A stretch of 63,967 nucleotides of DNA, the filler included, from Intoshia linei (lineage: Eukaryota; Animalia; Orthonectida), in assembly GCA_001642005.1 (NCBI GenBank). It is 8 parts of 8 records of this genome, joined end to end, with 100 filler letters (N's around TTAATTAATTAA, not from the genome) between each part and the next. Parts side by side here need not be neighbours in the genome. Positions count along the whole stretch, not along the records: positions 11,111 to 24,142 come from LWCA01001036.1; positions 24,243 to 46,249 come from LWCA01000614.1; 6 more parts are not named here. One strand, written 5' to 3'. Of the stretch, positions 11,011 to 25,065 are shown one piece after another (position 1 is the stretch's first letter; each line of letters begins with the position of its first letter). Under the pieces are notes generated by a model, which was given only the letters and a program-made list of their open reading frames with translations, had not been told where the DNA came from and made no database searches. Position numbers and translations under genes: made by a program.

Positions 11011-12313
11011 NNNNNNNNNNNNNNNNNNNNNNNNNNNNNNNNNNNNNNNNNNNNTTAATTAATTAANNNNNNNNNNNNNNNNNNNNNNNNNNNNNNNNNN
11101 NNNNNNNNNNATTTATTTATTAATGTTAAAATGCATGTCTACGAAATAAACGAAACATATTATTACTTTTGATGTGGTATATATTTGCCAAACACTAAAA
11201 AATGTTACTCTATACCTGATAAATGTAAAAATTTGCTAATGGAAATATACAGTATAATATATATTTATTTCTTTTTAATTTAAATGTGATCATGCAATTC
11301 TGCTATCAATTCTATATATATTGGAAAAAAAATTTAAATATCTCATTATATACTATAATTAAATTAAAAATTAAGAAACTAAAATTAATTGAAATAGCTT
11401 AGTTGCTATGATGTTGTCAATCATTATCTTTTGATAGCGAATTGTAAAATTAAAAAGAGAAGTATCATGTTGATGACGAAAATTTCAGCTTTTTATTTGT
11501 ATGGGTCTCATATAGATCCTCGAAAAAAGTTTTCATTTTGTTGTCTAGTGTAATATAAAAGCGCTCCAAATAAAAACTGAGGGTTTTCATTAGTGCTATA
11601 TTTAGTTAACCTGATATAACCCTCGCATTCGACCGAAATTTTAATATTCATTGCTTTGTAAAATTGTAAGTGATTTAATTAATATACCAATAGAAAAAAA
11701 TATAAGAAATTTGGCCTTGACATGTTACTAATTTTAATGCATTTGTTACCGAATAGGATTAAAATAAAATACAAAAAATTTTACAGAATTACCATATGTT
11801 GAGAATATATCCCAAAGTCTTAACAAACACTACATTATTCTTTCAAAAATCCCACTTTTATACGACCATTAATTAAATTTAATAAAAAAGTACAATTTTA
11901 AACCCTTAAAATTGACTTGTACCGATATATTTATAAAAAATCCATTTAATCAAACTCCAAAATAAAAAATACAATTTTACCAACCCTTAACGGAAATATT
12001 CTCTTTTTCCAATATTTTTTTAAAACACGATTATACATAATCTTATGAGAAAAAATTTTTCATTTTTTAATAAATATTTTGAATTGGGAACCATTGTTTT
12101 AATGAAAACGATATTGCTTTACAATAAAAATACAGAATGTATACACCACGGATGTCAGAAATTATTAACAATTAACAGCATAATTGACAATTTAAGAATT
12201 TCAACGATACAATTTCCAAAAAGAAATTTAAAAAGTAACTTTGTAATTATTATAAAAAATAATATAATAAAATGACACTTTACCATTTTTTTATTTTAAA
12301 AAATAAATAGAAA

Positions 12314-15300
12314 TTACTTTGAAAATTCAGATTCTTTAGTTTTATTCGAAATAACTCGATCAATTAATTTATCAATTTTTGTTTTTTTCTTGTCACAATA
12401 AAAAATTAAATCATGATCAGATAAAACTGGGGTATCCTGTAAAACGTTATCATCTTTAAAATTGACATTTGTAGTAGAATTATAATTCTTTTTCATAGGT
12501 GTACTAGTTATTAATGGTTTAAGTTTGACTCTATTGTAAAATTCTTTCTAAAAAATAAAATTGATTTAAAAATAAATATATAAAACCGAAATTCTCAGTT
12601 GACCATCACATTTATCATCTGAACAATTGTTATTTATACTAAAAATAAATAGTTAAATAGTATAAGCGACAATAATCTGATAATACATATTATACGTCAG
12701 GGTCTAAATATTTCCAAATTTATTACCCCCTTAAAGATCAACATTTTCAGATGGCCCAATAATTTTTTTAAATGAAAGGTTTAATATAAACCACCGTTCC
12801 AACTGTTTGATAATAAAGCCGACCCAGTTATTTTATACACTGAACATTAAATATATTAACTACCTAAGATGTTAAATGTATAATTATAAAATTATAACGT
12901 CAAGATGGTTGAAATAGAAAAAATATATTTATAAATATTTTTTGTCATAATTCTTACAACATATATTATAAATCAAAGTTAATGAGATCCATGAGGGTGT
13001 GGGGTTTTACCAAAAATTAAATTGTTCTGTGACCTCAAAATGTAAATTTTTTCCACTGACATCTAGGGCCCAATTGTCCCATGTAAAATCCTGGTATAAA
13101 TACCAATTTGGAAACAGTTGTTGTTTTTTAAAAACTATTTTTAAAAATGTTGACAATTCAATACAAAAATTATTAGAAAACAAAAAACAAAATAATTTAA
13201 ATAAGAAAATACCTCTGTTCATACTTCATTTTTAACTGAGAACGTTTCAAACAAGAACCCTTTTTGATATCATCCAAACTAATTTTTTCATATTCACATG
13301 GTATATTTATTTTACATTCTAAAAATGACAATCTCATTTTTAAATACATAATTTATAAAAGTTCACAGTAACACAGTGGTTCTCAACCCGTGTTCTGCGG
13401 AACCCAGGGGTTCCACGAAATTTTTCAATTTAAAGTTTTTGTAAATTACTGTTGTATTGCAATGAAACAACATCATTTATCAAATTTAAATCAAATAAGT
13501 TTTAATAAAAATATTATACGTTGTGAGTATGGGAACCTGAAAATGATGTTAAAAAGTAATAATAATTCAGATTATCTTTATGAGAAATATTATAAAGAAG
13601 GTGGGTTTTTACTGGTCCAACTCTCTTGAAATAATTTAAATCAGTTACTTACCTTTTTATAATGATATTTAACTAAAAAGGTATCTCTCACGGACCTGGA
13701 TACTTCTTTGTAGTGTGAGGGAGGAAACTGGTTTTACCGGATAAATTCCGTGTTCCTTGCTCCTTGTGGGGAAATGGGATCATGGCAAAAAGTGTTATTA
13801 ACTCTTCAAAAAAGGACTTGTAAAAATTTAAGATGTTACTTATAAGAGTAGCATCCACCACTGATAATCAAACTTCGAGGAATGTATGATTAGGAGGTTT
13901 CCGGGAAATTATGAGTATGTAAATTTTGGTGGCAAAGAAGCTTTCCAAGTATAAATAAAATAGATTTTTTCAATTAGAAAGTTATAAGAAAATTGAAATA
14001 TGGTAACTTAAATCTTGATGAATTTTGGTTATTAGTTGAAAAAAAATATCCCATAATTGCAAATAGAGCCTTAAAGATTCTTATGCAATTTTCAATATCC
14101 TACTTTTGTCAATTGGGATTTTCTGCATTAACTGCAATTAAGCATAAGAAACGGGCAAAGCTGTTGTCGGTAGAAGAACTTCGTGTATGTCTCTCAAAAA
14201 CACGTCCAAGAATTAAAAACCTCTGCAAAAAATATCAGGCCCAAATTTCTCATTGAGAAAGAAAAATAAATTTCTTTATTAAAAAATTTATGTTTTCAAT
14301 ATTAGACGCGTAATTTTTTAATTAAAAATCAAATAGCGTCAGAAACGCATACCTTCATGATCAAAACTACAAATTACCCTTTTTTTTAAAAATGAAACAT
14401 GTACTAAAATTTTATAAAACTTAAATTCTAATATAGTTTTTAAAATCATAAGTATTATCATCAATTGCAACCTCAATAAAGTGGATTTTCACGATCAAAA
14501 TCCCAGATTAACTTTTTTAAAAAATGATAATAATAGATAACCGTCAAGCTAGTTCATATATAAAATATATAATATATATAATATTAATTCATGAACATTT
14601 TAAAATCCAGTTGATTTTACGAGTTCTGAGTCAGAACTTCTGACTTCACTTAAAAAAATTCCAAGAGACTGACTGTATAAAATTAACTAAAAATTATAAA
14701 AATATATTTGTATGTACCTCTTAATAGTTTTTGACTCTTTCGATGTATGGATTTGATCTAAATACGTTTTTAACTTTTTTAATTTTGTAACCTTTTCTTT
14801 ATTTTTTCGTATTTTGCTAAATATATATTTATTCATTAAAAAATCAAATTAATATAAGCATTTCAATTTTCTATTTAAATTAATTTAATTTAACCCAGAT
14901 GTTCCCACACTTTTCTCACGGCAGAACGGTCATAAATGATAAAATTTATCGCAGAGCATTAATGCGAAATTATTAGACACCACTAAAAAAAAATTTGATA
15001 AATAACGTAATAAATTGACTTGTAATTAAAAAAAAAATTTGATAAATTATTTCGGGGAACGGTAAAAAAATTTCGGATATAAAGTACATGTAATGTACTG
15101 CTTTTAGTGTACAGTAATCTTTTTATCCGAATAGTAGAGTATAGGTTCCCAACTGTAGGTGCGCTGACCACTACCGGATCCCAGAAAAAATTTGGTATTA
15201 AACTAAAAAGCAAAAAAATTGTCAAGATTGGAGCCAAATTTTATTAATCTTGCAGGATTATTTATTTCTCAAAAAAGATTGAAGAGAACTGACATACAAT

Positions 15301-15866
15301 TACTGCATGTATTTTGGTTATATTGTTTGAACTTTACATCATATTCGAGAGTTACTCATTGATAATGACTAGTATTTCTTGACCCTGATTTATCTAAAAT
15401 AAAACAATACATTAAATGTTACCTATCTTTATCATGAGTATTCAGGTCACTGATTTGATAATTATGAATGTCACAAGATTCGTCGTTTTCTTGAGGAGAT
15501 TTAAATGCATTAAATTGGTTTTCTGGATTTAATAAACTATTGTCAAGTTTCGAATTGTTCAATAATATTGGCTTCAATTCAGTTTCATGATTGTTGTGGT
15601 CATTGGGTTGTATATTAACAATTTGACAGTTTGTTTGAATGGAATAATCTTTAGATACTTTATTACTCGATTTTTCAGTAAGTTGAAATGTATTTGTGCA
15701 ATTCGACGCATCAATTTGAGTTTTATTTAATTCTTGGGTTTCATTTTTTTGGTCCGATGGTTGGCAATAGATATATTCTTGGTTTTCCTTGAAATAAAAT
15801 TGTTTTTAAAAAAGTTTTTATATAAAATTAAATTTAAAAATTTTAAAATTTTAAAATATACTTGCA
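12314..15866 (-). CDS. Hypothetical multi-exon protein, low-complexity/coiled-coil, no recognised domain
   Basis: Open GT-AG-bounded exons at ~15861-15866, 15423-15787, 14718-14816, 14621-14672, 13213-13318, 12587-12638 and 12314-12547. Phases are mostly consistent; one junction needs an unidentified exon. Confidence 0.5.
13374..14256 (+). mobile_element. hAT (Buster) remnant: left TIR plus C-terminal dimerization-domain fragment
   Basis: CAGTGGTTCTCAACC at 13374. ORF 13993-14256 reads FWLLVEKKYPIIANRALKILMQFSISYFCQLGFS...LRVCLS...QAQISH, typical of the ZBED5/SPIN C-terminus. Confidence 0.8.
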
Positions 15867-16088
15867 TTTCAGATTCAAATACGCGCTAATTATTTGCCAT
15901 GATGATGAAATAAATTTTTGATATTATTACATTTTAAAATTTAAATTTGTGAATGATTTTGTCATCAATTATCTAAAATTTCATTTTATCTAAATACTTA
16001 TGTCATTAAATTAAAAATTATTTGGCGATTTCAACTTGATATTATATACAGGAATTTTAGAATATTAAATGAATATTAATGGTAATAA

Positions 16089-16626
16089 TCATTACTTATA
16101 TAATACTTACGCAATATTTGTTTGTGTGTCTGTGTCTTACCGTTTATTTCAATAACCAACAGTCTTAGAATTTTATAAAGTCCACATTTCAATTAAAGTT
16201 TGTTCCGGGTGTTAGCAAAATAAATTTCAACCTCATAAATTCACATCTTACGGGTCAAAAAACCCAATTATCTAGAATTTATGCTATTTATGACAATTTT
16301 TAGGATATGACTGAATTTGATTTATTTTTAATATTATACATACATTCTGTCTAATAAATTAAAAAAATGGGATAACAATTGTTTTTAAAATTCTTTACGC
16401 AAATGTTAAAAAAAATTAAGATGGAATATTCACTTTAAAGTAAAAAGTAATGTGATATTATGGTTCCACCTGAAACAAGTTTGGAAACCACTTCTTTAAA
16501 GGATTGATAATAGATAATAATAGGGTTTTTTAAGTTATATTTTCAACGTGAATTTATTTTTTTGGTACAATGTGATCTCGGCAGAGCTAGGTGCTGTTTG
16601 TAAGTAGTACATAACATTCAACCTAG
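16089..16626 (+). mobile_element. Helitron-like non-autonomous element with both ends
   Basis: A|TC...CTAG|T termini, no TSD, 5' GT microsatellite. The 3' end GCAGAGCTAGGT...CATAACATTCAACCTAG is shared by the family. Confidence 0.7.
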
Positions 16627-17403
16627 TTTAATATAAAACCTATTACAAAAGAAGAGAGAATAATGACAATAAACAAAATTTGTAATTATATGTTTCACAA
16701 AAATTCGTAACCCAGCTAAATATAATTTAAACTGTGATTTGCTTCTCATACTCTTACGATTCTCTAATTTTTTTTAATTTTAAGTATGTAACTGTTCCGT
16801 GGAAAGTTCTTATTTTGCATTGATAAAAATAGTAACATTCTAAATTTTAATTTCTAATCTATACATTGACTTGTAAAGGTTGTATCTGTGAAAACACAAA
16901 CATGGAAAATATTTAATAAAAAAGGATATTGATTTTTTAATCACTTGCAAGCTATATTTACTAATGTTGACATTGCTTTTATAAATAAATTTTTAACTAA
17001 ATATTAAATTTATTAGACCCTTTAATATACTTTTTAAGTAAAAAATAAAAATTTTAAATTTTATCGAAACATGTATAATATAATAATAAAAATATTTGTT
17101 TTTAAATAGATTTAATTTGTAGTCTACAAATGAAACGAAACTCATGGCTAGGGCGCTTGTAATATTATCTCTATTCCGGTATTCGGATTTAGAACTTTGC
17201 AAGTACAAATCAATATCAGGCCGTGAGGAAACCTAATTTTGGGTTAATTATTGATTGTATTATATGAATAATGTTATGTTTCTGTTTATACAAACATGGT
17301 ATTTTCGGAAGTACCACAACGTGAATTTTAAAAAAAATTCAAATTTACTTTTACAGTCACTCCACGCAATGACGCTACAAACAATTATATAACTTAAAAT
17401 TCA

Positions 17404-18054
17404 ATGTCCCGACATACCAGTATTAACAGTCGCCGTAGTAGTATTCTGATTACAAATTCCCAAAGAAGATGGAGTAGAATATATGATAATATTGACGATC
17501 GTCGTATTAGCAATGTTTCTGTTTTGAGTGCATCCGAAAATGTAATATCCAGCGAACGACGGGGGTCAACATTGTCCGTGGAATCAAGGGTACAAGAAAT
17601 ATTTTAATATAATTAAATATTATACATTGTAGATCGGACAGTCTACCAGTAATATAAATGAACAAATTAACATGCCTGGTTCTGATAGCGAAGTAAATGA
17701 AGAAATTATAGATTCCATAAGAAATGAAAAACTCATGGTCAGAGCGATTCCTTACATGTCTTTACCAATGGCTTCCATTTTTTTTATTTTAAATGTTATT
17801 ATTCCCGGTTCAGGTAATTTTCATTTTAAAAATATTTTTCAAACCTAATTTAGGCACAATTGCTTGTGGAATTAGTTTATTTTGCTGTGGAACCGTTCGA
17901 TTGGGAACAGAGGTACATGGCGGAGAAGGATTAGTTTACGAAGCATTTTTTATAAACATTTCAATTGGCATATTCCAATTTTTAACAGTACCCATGATGG
18001 GTATTGGCTGGTTTTGGAGCTTTGTTTGGGGAATATACTACATTCTCCTAGCAA
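17404..18054 (+). CDS. stum: Protein stum/SPEC3-like membrane protein; exons 17404-17589, 17633-17813, 17854-18054; terminal exon uncertain (~18327 or ~19410)
   Basis: Spliced product contains RAIPYMSLPMASIFFILNVIIPGSGTIACG...QFLTVPMMGIGWFWSFVWG, matching the stum family AIPxMP...LNxxxPGxGT...GWxxSIxWG. Confidence 0.8.
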
Positions 18055-18104
18055 GTATGATTTTTTATATGCGTTTTTGTTTATCCAACTTTGAGTGTCT
18101 ATAG

Positions 18105-18252
18105 CAGTGGTTTTTAACATTTTTGTTTTCGCGACCCTCTTATAAACATTCTTATCAATTCACATAAATGAAAATATTAAAAAATCATATTCAGTTTTAT
18201 TTATATTTTATACTGTGTTCAAATTCTCACGACCCCCGCTTGAAAACCACTG
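18105..18252. mobile_element. 148-bp hAT MITE
   Basis: TIRs CAGTGGTTTTTAA / TTGAAAACCACTG with a perfect 8-bp TSD GTCTATAG. Confidence 0.9.
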
Positions 18253-18814
18253 GTCTATAGCAAACACTGTTTGCAATGGCTTGTATGAATTTCATTAATG
18301 AATTGTTATAAACATCTACATTAGATTCTACAGTAGTACAAAATGGGAAAACAGTACATTTATTCAACCTTTCCAGAGCAATGAGCTTACAATACATTTT
18401 GTTTTATCCAACCATTAATAATTTGTCTTCTATAAATTAGTTCATGTTCAATTAAAATTATAAATTTTTTTTATTTTTGAAGATATTATTTTTTATGATA
18501 ATATTTATTTGAATCTTTGAAAATTTAGAAGAATGGCGCATTGGTTTACTGGGTTTGATAGATTTTTAAGAAAAAATTTACTATTTATACATATAAATAT
18601 TGTTGAATTTCATGATTTATAGCAGTTTTCAAATATATGTGCCTAGAAAAATCTTAACTTTTAATTTTAAATATAAAAATTTAAAAAATAGTGCTTCATA
18701 ATATATTTAAAGTTATTTTCCACCGGAAATGCGTACATTTCTGAGGTTGATATTTTGTATCTAGATCCTTGGTTCCCTATTTAAAAATATTAGAATTAGA
18801 ATTATAATTAGAAT

Positions 18815-19290
18815 AAAAATTGGGTAAAATCGTGTTTTTCAAAAAAATATTGGAAAAAGTGGATTTCTCATTTAAGGGTTGGTAAAATCTGGTTTTTTAA
18901 AAAGATATTGGAAAAAGTGGATTTTTATTTTAATGGTTGTAATAAAAGTTTTTTTTCATCAGATTTTGTAAAATCGGATTTTATAAAAAAATTTTGGAAA
19001 AAGGGGATTTTCCCTTAATCTTTGATAAAATTGGATTTTTTATTTTGGGCTAGAAAGTTGTTGCTCATAAGATTTGGTAAAATCGGATTTTTTAAAAAAA
19101 TTTTGGAAAAGGAGGATATTTCTTTTAATCGTAATTAAATCGTAGGTAAAATTGGATTTTTTCCGGAGCGTTTGAAATGCGATTTTTAATGGTAGGATAA
19201 AATTTACATTTTTGAAATAATAATGTAGCGGTCGTTAAGAATTTGGGATAAATTCCCAACATCTGGCAACTCTGTAATAAATATTAATAA
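18815..19290. repeat. Degenerate tandem-unit repeat (TGGTAAAATCGGATTTT / TTGGAAAAAGTGGATTT units); related segments at ~11780-12030 (reverse) and ~43000-43160
   Basis: Several imperfect units are visible by eye. Confidence 0.55.
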
Positions 19291-20519
19291 ACATGTTGTT
19301 AAATTTTTTTTATATATTATTTGAATCTCACGGACCCCAGGACCCAGGTAACCAAATCGAGAACCAATGAAATAAATTCTATCGGAATAATCTATTTTTT
19401 AAAATATAGGACTATTAGTTTGGCAATTTCATGAGAAAACAGCATATGCTAGTAATTTAACCATCTTCAATTTTCATAAAAATGATGATAAGGCACCTAA
19501 AAATTCCAAAATAATATGGATTTAAAGTTATTTACGAATATATATCTACAATTGGTTGAAAAAATTATAAATCCCAAAGTGCAAGGTTTTTAGGGTGTTT
19601 TTAATTTTTAATACTATTCAATTTTTTTTATGTATAATTGTATATTGTCAAAATCAAAAAGGGCGAGTTACTAATTTTATAAAAATTTGTTTTTTTTGTG
19701 TGAAATTGTTTAGTTATTGAATATTTTTGTTTTAATAAAATAGTTACCAAATAAAAAAATGAATACCAAAATTATTTTTTGACCGTTAAGGTGTCGCTTT
19801 GTGAGATTGAAATTTTTTGTATATATTAACTGATTTTTAATTTTTTTCAAATTCTAAGAAAAAGGTAATATATGTGTTTGACCATGAAGATATACATTTC
19901 TAATATAGATTTACGACAATGTTAATGAATTTAAAACACGTCCCAGAATATATGTTTTTTAAAATTTTAGGGTTGATTTTATTTTAAACAAAGAGTAGTT
20001 TGGGACTTTGACCATGAAAATGTATGTTTCTGAATCTGATATTTGCGACAATGTGAGTAAACGTAAAGCTCGTTTCAGTAGTTATTGACCCTGAAGGACT
20101 AAATTTCTGAAAATGGATGACTTGCATAAAAACATCACTCGAAAAACTGTATGAGAAATTAAGTTTTTTAAATAAACGGTTAAACAGACCAAGAAGTTAA
20201 GAAAAAGTAACTACTTTATTTTGTTTATACCAAAAACCTTTTCTTAAAGGCAAAAAATAAAAAAGTTTGGGGAACCTCTGGGTCACTATCGTAGTTAAAA
20301 ATTAAAAAAATGTAGATTTACTTAAATCTTTTATTTTTAACTTCTATTTTAGAAAAACACAATGAAATCAAACGACATAAACGCGAAAGAGAACTTAAAT
20401 TAAACACCATCGCTGCGCTCAAAAACAGCATTAAAATCCCAATTTAAGGTTGCTAAAAATTTGTAAATATCAAATAAATATTTATTACAAATTGTAATTA
20501 TATTAACAGTAGAAATATA

Positions 20520-21554
20520 TCAACGAATATCTTCAGAACTGAATCTATCCCAATCATCAGTATTTGAACCTATAATATATTAATTATAATTTTAAAATAC
20601 AAACCATCGGGCTCTGGTCTGGGAGATGGGGTATCATTATTGTCGTTATCTTTTAAAGATTGCGTTTTACCTGCATCTTGAATGTTTGGAACTGTAGGTT
20701 GATTTGACTGTATATGAATATCGGGTTTTATTTTTTGTTTTTTGATAGCGATTGCATTTTTCAATTCTTCTCCACCTACGTAGCGTTTATAAAAATAACG
20801 AGTCCAAAAGGTTTCACGGTCCATCACTTTTGGAACTAATTTTATATAATTTTTAGATAATTGTTGTTGAGTAGCTAAAAGTTGTTCGATATTATCTGCG
20901 ACACAGTTAATATCAAAGGTTAACACCCAAGCGTCATATATAGGATTTGAAGGTATATTTTCCAAAAAGGTATTTTGTGATGTTGCCAGATTTATCAAAA
21001 ACTAAAGAATTTACAAAATTATTATTGACAAAAAATAAAAAAGTACTCTTGCATAAATTTGATCGTATTCCATTTCCTGGAAATCTTCATCGTCCTCCGA
21101 GTCTGGTAATATGACAAGCGCTCTCGAAACAGTACCCAAAAACTTTGTAACTCCAGATTTTACAGCATTTCCCGCGGCAGTAGCGTTTTCAGTCTAATTT
21201 TAAACAATTTTCAATGTAAATAATATTTATATACTGTAGCATTTTCTTTGACATATTTTCCAAGAGAATTTGCATCTTCCGAGATTGTTGATTTTATATC
21301 CAAAAAATCTTTTCGAATTATATTTATTGTTTCAGACGACTAAAATTGATATGATGTTGAGTTTAAGAAATGTTGCATACCTTATCACAAGCAGTTTGCC
21401 AAATGTTGGACCAATTCCAAGAATTTTCTTCATTATTCACATTTTTACCTTCAACTTTTGGTTCACCTTCGATTCTATTAAAATTGATGGTAAACTAAAA
21501 TTTTATCAATTACTTATTTTCGTTTCCCTCTTTCAATTCAGTCGTCTCTTTCAT
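20520..21554 (-). CDS. BSDC1: BSD domain-containing protein 1
   Basis: MKETTELK...WSNIWQTACDK...NAVKSGVTKFLGTVSRAL...YDAWVLTF...KLVPKVMDRETFWTRYFYK...DDWDRFSSEDIR*, with short GT-AG introns. Confidence 0.85.
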
Positions 21555-21973
21555 ATAAGACTAATTTATAGATTGAAATTTATTAGGTCACAATATTACT
21601 ACGACAATCAAAGTAAATTTGTTACAGTCGTTCAATTACAATTTCTAAATACAAGTGTATCAAATATGTATAATAAAAATGTTCAAATCATTTAAATCAA
21701 ATGTTTGAAATAATTGATGTCGTTACCGAGTTAACTAATATTTAAACTACTTTATAAATATTTGTCTTTATCAAAATTAAATTTTAGTCATCCACTGGTG
21801 ACTCACCACTATTTACCAATTCTTTTTATTTTTCGATATTTATGATTTACCATAAACCGCATTTTAACTTAACTAAGTAGAGCTAAGGGTCGTTTCTACC
21901 TGTTTAACATTTTTAGTACGTTATTTATTCACATTATTAAAAGAAAATGTTTATTTATTTTTATTTACAAAAA

Positions 21974-23402
21974 TTATAAATACATTAAAAATTTTCTAAA
22001 CACATCCTTTTCAGAATCAGATACATTTAAAATTTGAACAATAACTTTGGAAAATACGGATTTTTGATCAATATTATCAGTGGTAAAGTAAGATAAAATA
22101 AGTTTTTTAAGGTAATTCATTTTTGCTCCTTCCTCAATAATCTCAGTAGATAAGCTGTCCTTTTTTATTAAATTTTTTACAGTGTATTGATCCAATTGTT
22201 TTTTCATTAATTCATTTTTTATTTTTAAATATTTCAATTTATCTTGAAAATCTTGTTGCTTAATATGTAACGTTTTATTAGGTCGATTATTAGACGACTC
22301 AAGGTCTAAATAATTAATTTATACATTTTATATAGAAACCTACATCAACCCACCCAATGGAAAATATCCATTTCTGTTTTCTTATAAGAGGTACAACAAG
22401 GTGGTTGAGAATTAATTAATTTACCATTTAAGTACGAAATTTCATGCTGTTTTTCTAATAATATGTTTTTAAATTTTTGACCAATCCTTTCAATTTCCTT
22501 GTCTTTCATAACAAGTATATTTTGGTATTCTGAAATTAATTTATTTTTATTTCCAATATCTATCTATTACAACTTTTTTAAAATAAAAAAAACGACAAAT
22601 TACCGATAAATCTGCGCACAGGGAACAATATTTTGCTTCAATTTTTTCTTCTTCGTTCGCAACTAAATATAAATAATACAACCAACTAAAATAACATTAT
22701 ATTACTCATTTTATACATTGAATCATCACTATTATCATAATTATTCATGGAAGGATTTGAAGACAAATCTATTTGTGTATCTACCGATTCACTTTTACAT
22801 GCATCACAATTTTGATTAGAACTTGATTTTAATTTATTTTCTAATCTGTTTATCTTTCTTTGCAAAAAAAGGATAGTTTTTTGTAAATTATTAGGTTGAG
22901 GAGACATGAGGTTGCCTTTTGGTTCTGAATATAAAATTAATTTATAAAAATTAAAAAATACATTGGAAAACCCAGGTGTAACCAAACTTTTTTACTACGG
23001 ACCGATAATTATCATTATTTTATTCGTAAACCACGTAAAATTTAATTGCCATGAAACGTGACCAAAATATTACACTAATTTTATATAAGTTTTTAGTCAA
23101 AACTAAATTTTTCAGTTTTTCTGTGAACGCGTAATGGTTCGCGGACCGACATTTGGGTACCGCTGGGATGGACGTACTGGAAATTGATACAACAGTAGAA
23201 TATTTTTCAATTTTTTCAGACAATTCTTTTATAATATTCGTTTGTCTTTGTATAGTTTGTACATGTTTTAAGTTATCTGACTATTATAATATAAAGATAC
23301 AAAATAATCAACAATTACTTCAGATTTAAGTAAATTATTACAAATTATTGAAATTTTATCATTTTGTAAGGCAATTACATCAACGTCACAGCATGGTTTG
23401 GT
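21974..23402 (-). CDS. Coiled-coil golgin with C-terminal GRIP domain; 5' end uncertain
   Basis: C-terminal AKMNYLKKLILSYFT...VIVQILNVSDSEK fits the GRIP consensus EYLKNVxxxF...VIxxxLxFSxEE. Upstream exons are coiled-coil-like. Confidence 0.65.
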
Positions 23403-24242
23403 CTAAAATCTAATTGAAATTGAAACATTTCGTTATAAATTTACAGTAAAATAAAATAGTGCAAAGTAAATAATATCCCAACAAATCAACTATAACATTC
23501 CAAACTTTTAAGATATGTGGGAACAAATTTAATTAAAATACACATGTACAAAATCTGAAATTTACATACTTTAAAAAAATAATTAATTAAAAAGATTAAC
23601 GATTAATGATAACTTATTAAATTTGAATTTTTTAGTAGGATCGGCATTGTAAAATCACTAAGTGTATAATACAAATACTATTTAAATTTCTGGGGACAAA
23701 CCGGTCTTGACATGACACTGTTTATTACATTTAATTTTTCAGTCAAATTTTCAATTTCTTTAGTTTTTTCAATTTTATAGGAATCATATTCTGTCAGTAT
23801 AGCAGTTTTTTCAGCCTAAATACATATTACAATTATATTTGCCACTAAATAAATTTTTTTTAAAAAACTGCGATATAGAAATTTACATTTTCCAAATTAA
23901 ATGTATACTATAATAATTTATATACTCCCTCGTAGCAATTTTGCAATTGATATAAACCAATCTAAATTACATGCTATGTTTTTGCTTTTTTATATATTAA
24001 ACGATTTGGCAAGATTTAATAATTTAATAAGAAACTTTCATTGGTAAAAAAATAAAAAAAAAAAATCTGAAAAAAATCGTAGAAATTGAAGTTTTTAATT
24101 ATTTTGTTACTTTGAACGTCTCACCAATTTTGCAAAACTATCNNNNNNNNNNNNNNNNNNNNNNNNNNNNNNNNNNNNNNNNNNNNTTAATTAATTAANN
24201 NNNNNNNNNNNNNNNNNNNNNNNNNNNNNNNNNNNNNNNNNN

Positions 24243-24925
24243 ATTTCATGGCTAATCGTACAATATTTTCATCTTTAGATCTTACGCATGGATATTTGCA
24301 GATTCCATTACAAAAATGTGATCGTTGGAAAACATCATTTTAGACGTCATTTGGGGAAAATTATATCAATATCGGGTAATGCCCCTGCCACATGCCAAAG
24401 ATTAATGGATCAATTATTTAGAAATGTGAAAAACGTTAAGGTTTATTTAGATGATATTATAATAGCATCTACGTCAGTGAATGAACATAAACGAGATTTG
24501 ACAAAAATTTTTACCATTTTACGTAACGCTGGACTAACGGTCAACCCAAAAAAGTGCAAATTGGGAGTTAGTGAACTCAATATTTTAGGACATGTTGTAA
24601 ATTCGGATGGTATTAAAATATCTAATGAAAGGGTCGTAGCGATTGATAATATAGTAGTACCTAAAAATATAAAAAAATTGCGTAGATTTTTAGGTGTATG
24701 TAATTTTTTCCGACGCTTTATATCTCATTACACAGAGATAACTGAACCCTTATTATTACTATTAAAGAAAAGTGTAGCTTTTGTATGGCAGGAAAACCAA
24801 CACTCGGCTTATATGTCATTAAAAAAGGCTCTTAAGTCTTCACCACTTCTATCATTACCTCAAAAGAATTATGATTTTATATTATAATGTGATGCTTCTA
24901 AAGTTGGAGTTGGTGCTATTATATT
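24243..24925 (+). mobile_element. Ty3/Gypsy pol remnant (RT to RNase H start), frameshifted
   Basis: SSLDLTHGYLQI, NAPATCQR, YLDDII, LGHVV, LRRFLGVCNFFRRFI, then FIL*CDASKVGVGA. Confidence 0.9.
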
Positions 24926-25065
24926 TTTCTAATCTATAATTATATTGGAATGCACTCGAGAACAACACTTACTCTACAAAGGTTAGACTTAAATATTTAT
25001 TAACATGTAAGTAATGCGTATAAAGATGGTACACAATATATTTTCATGAAAAAATAAATACAATA

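Noticed and set aside
11011-11110. N-runs with a central TTAATTAATTAA, repeated at 7 places
   Set aside because: Scaffolding linker with stops in all six frames; an assembly artefact.
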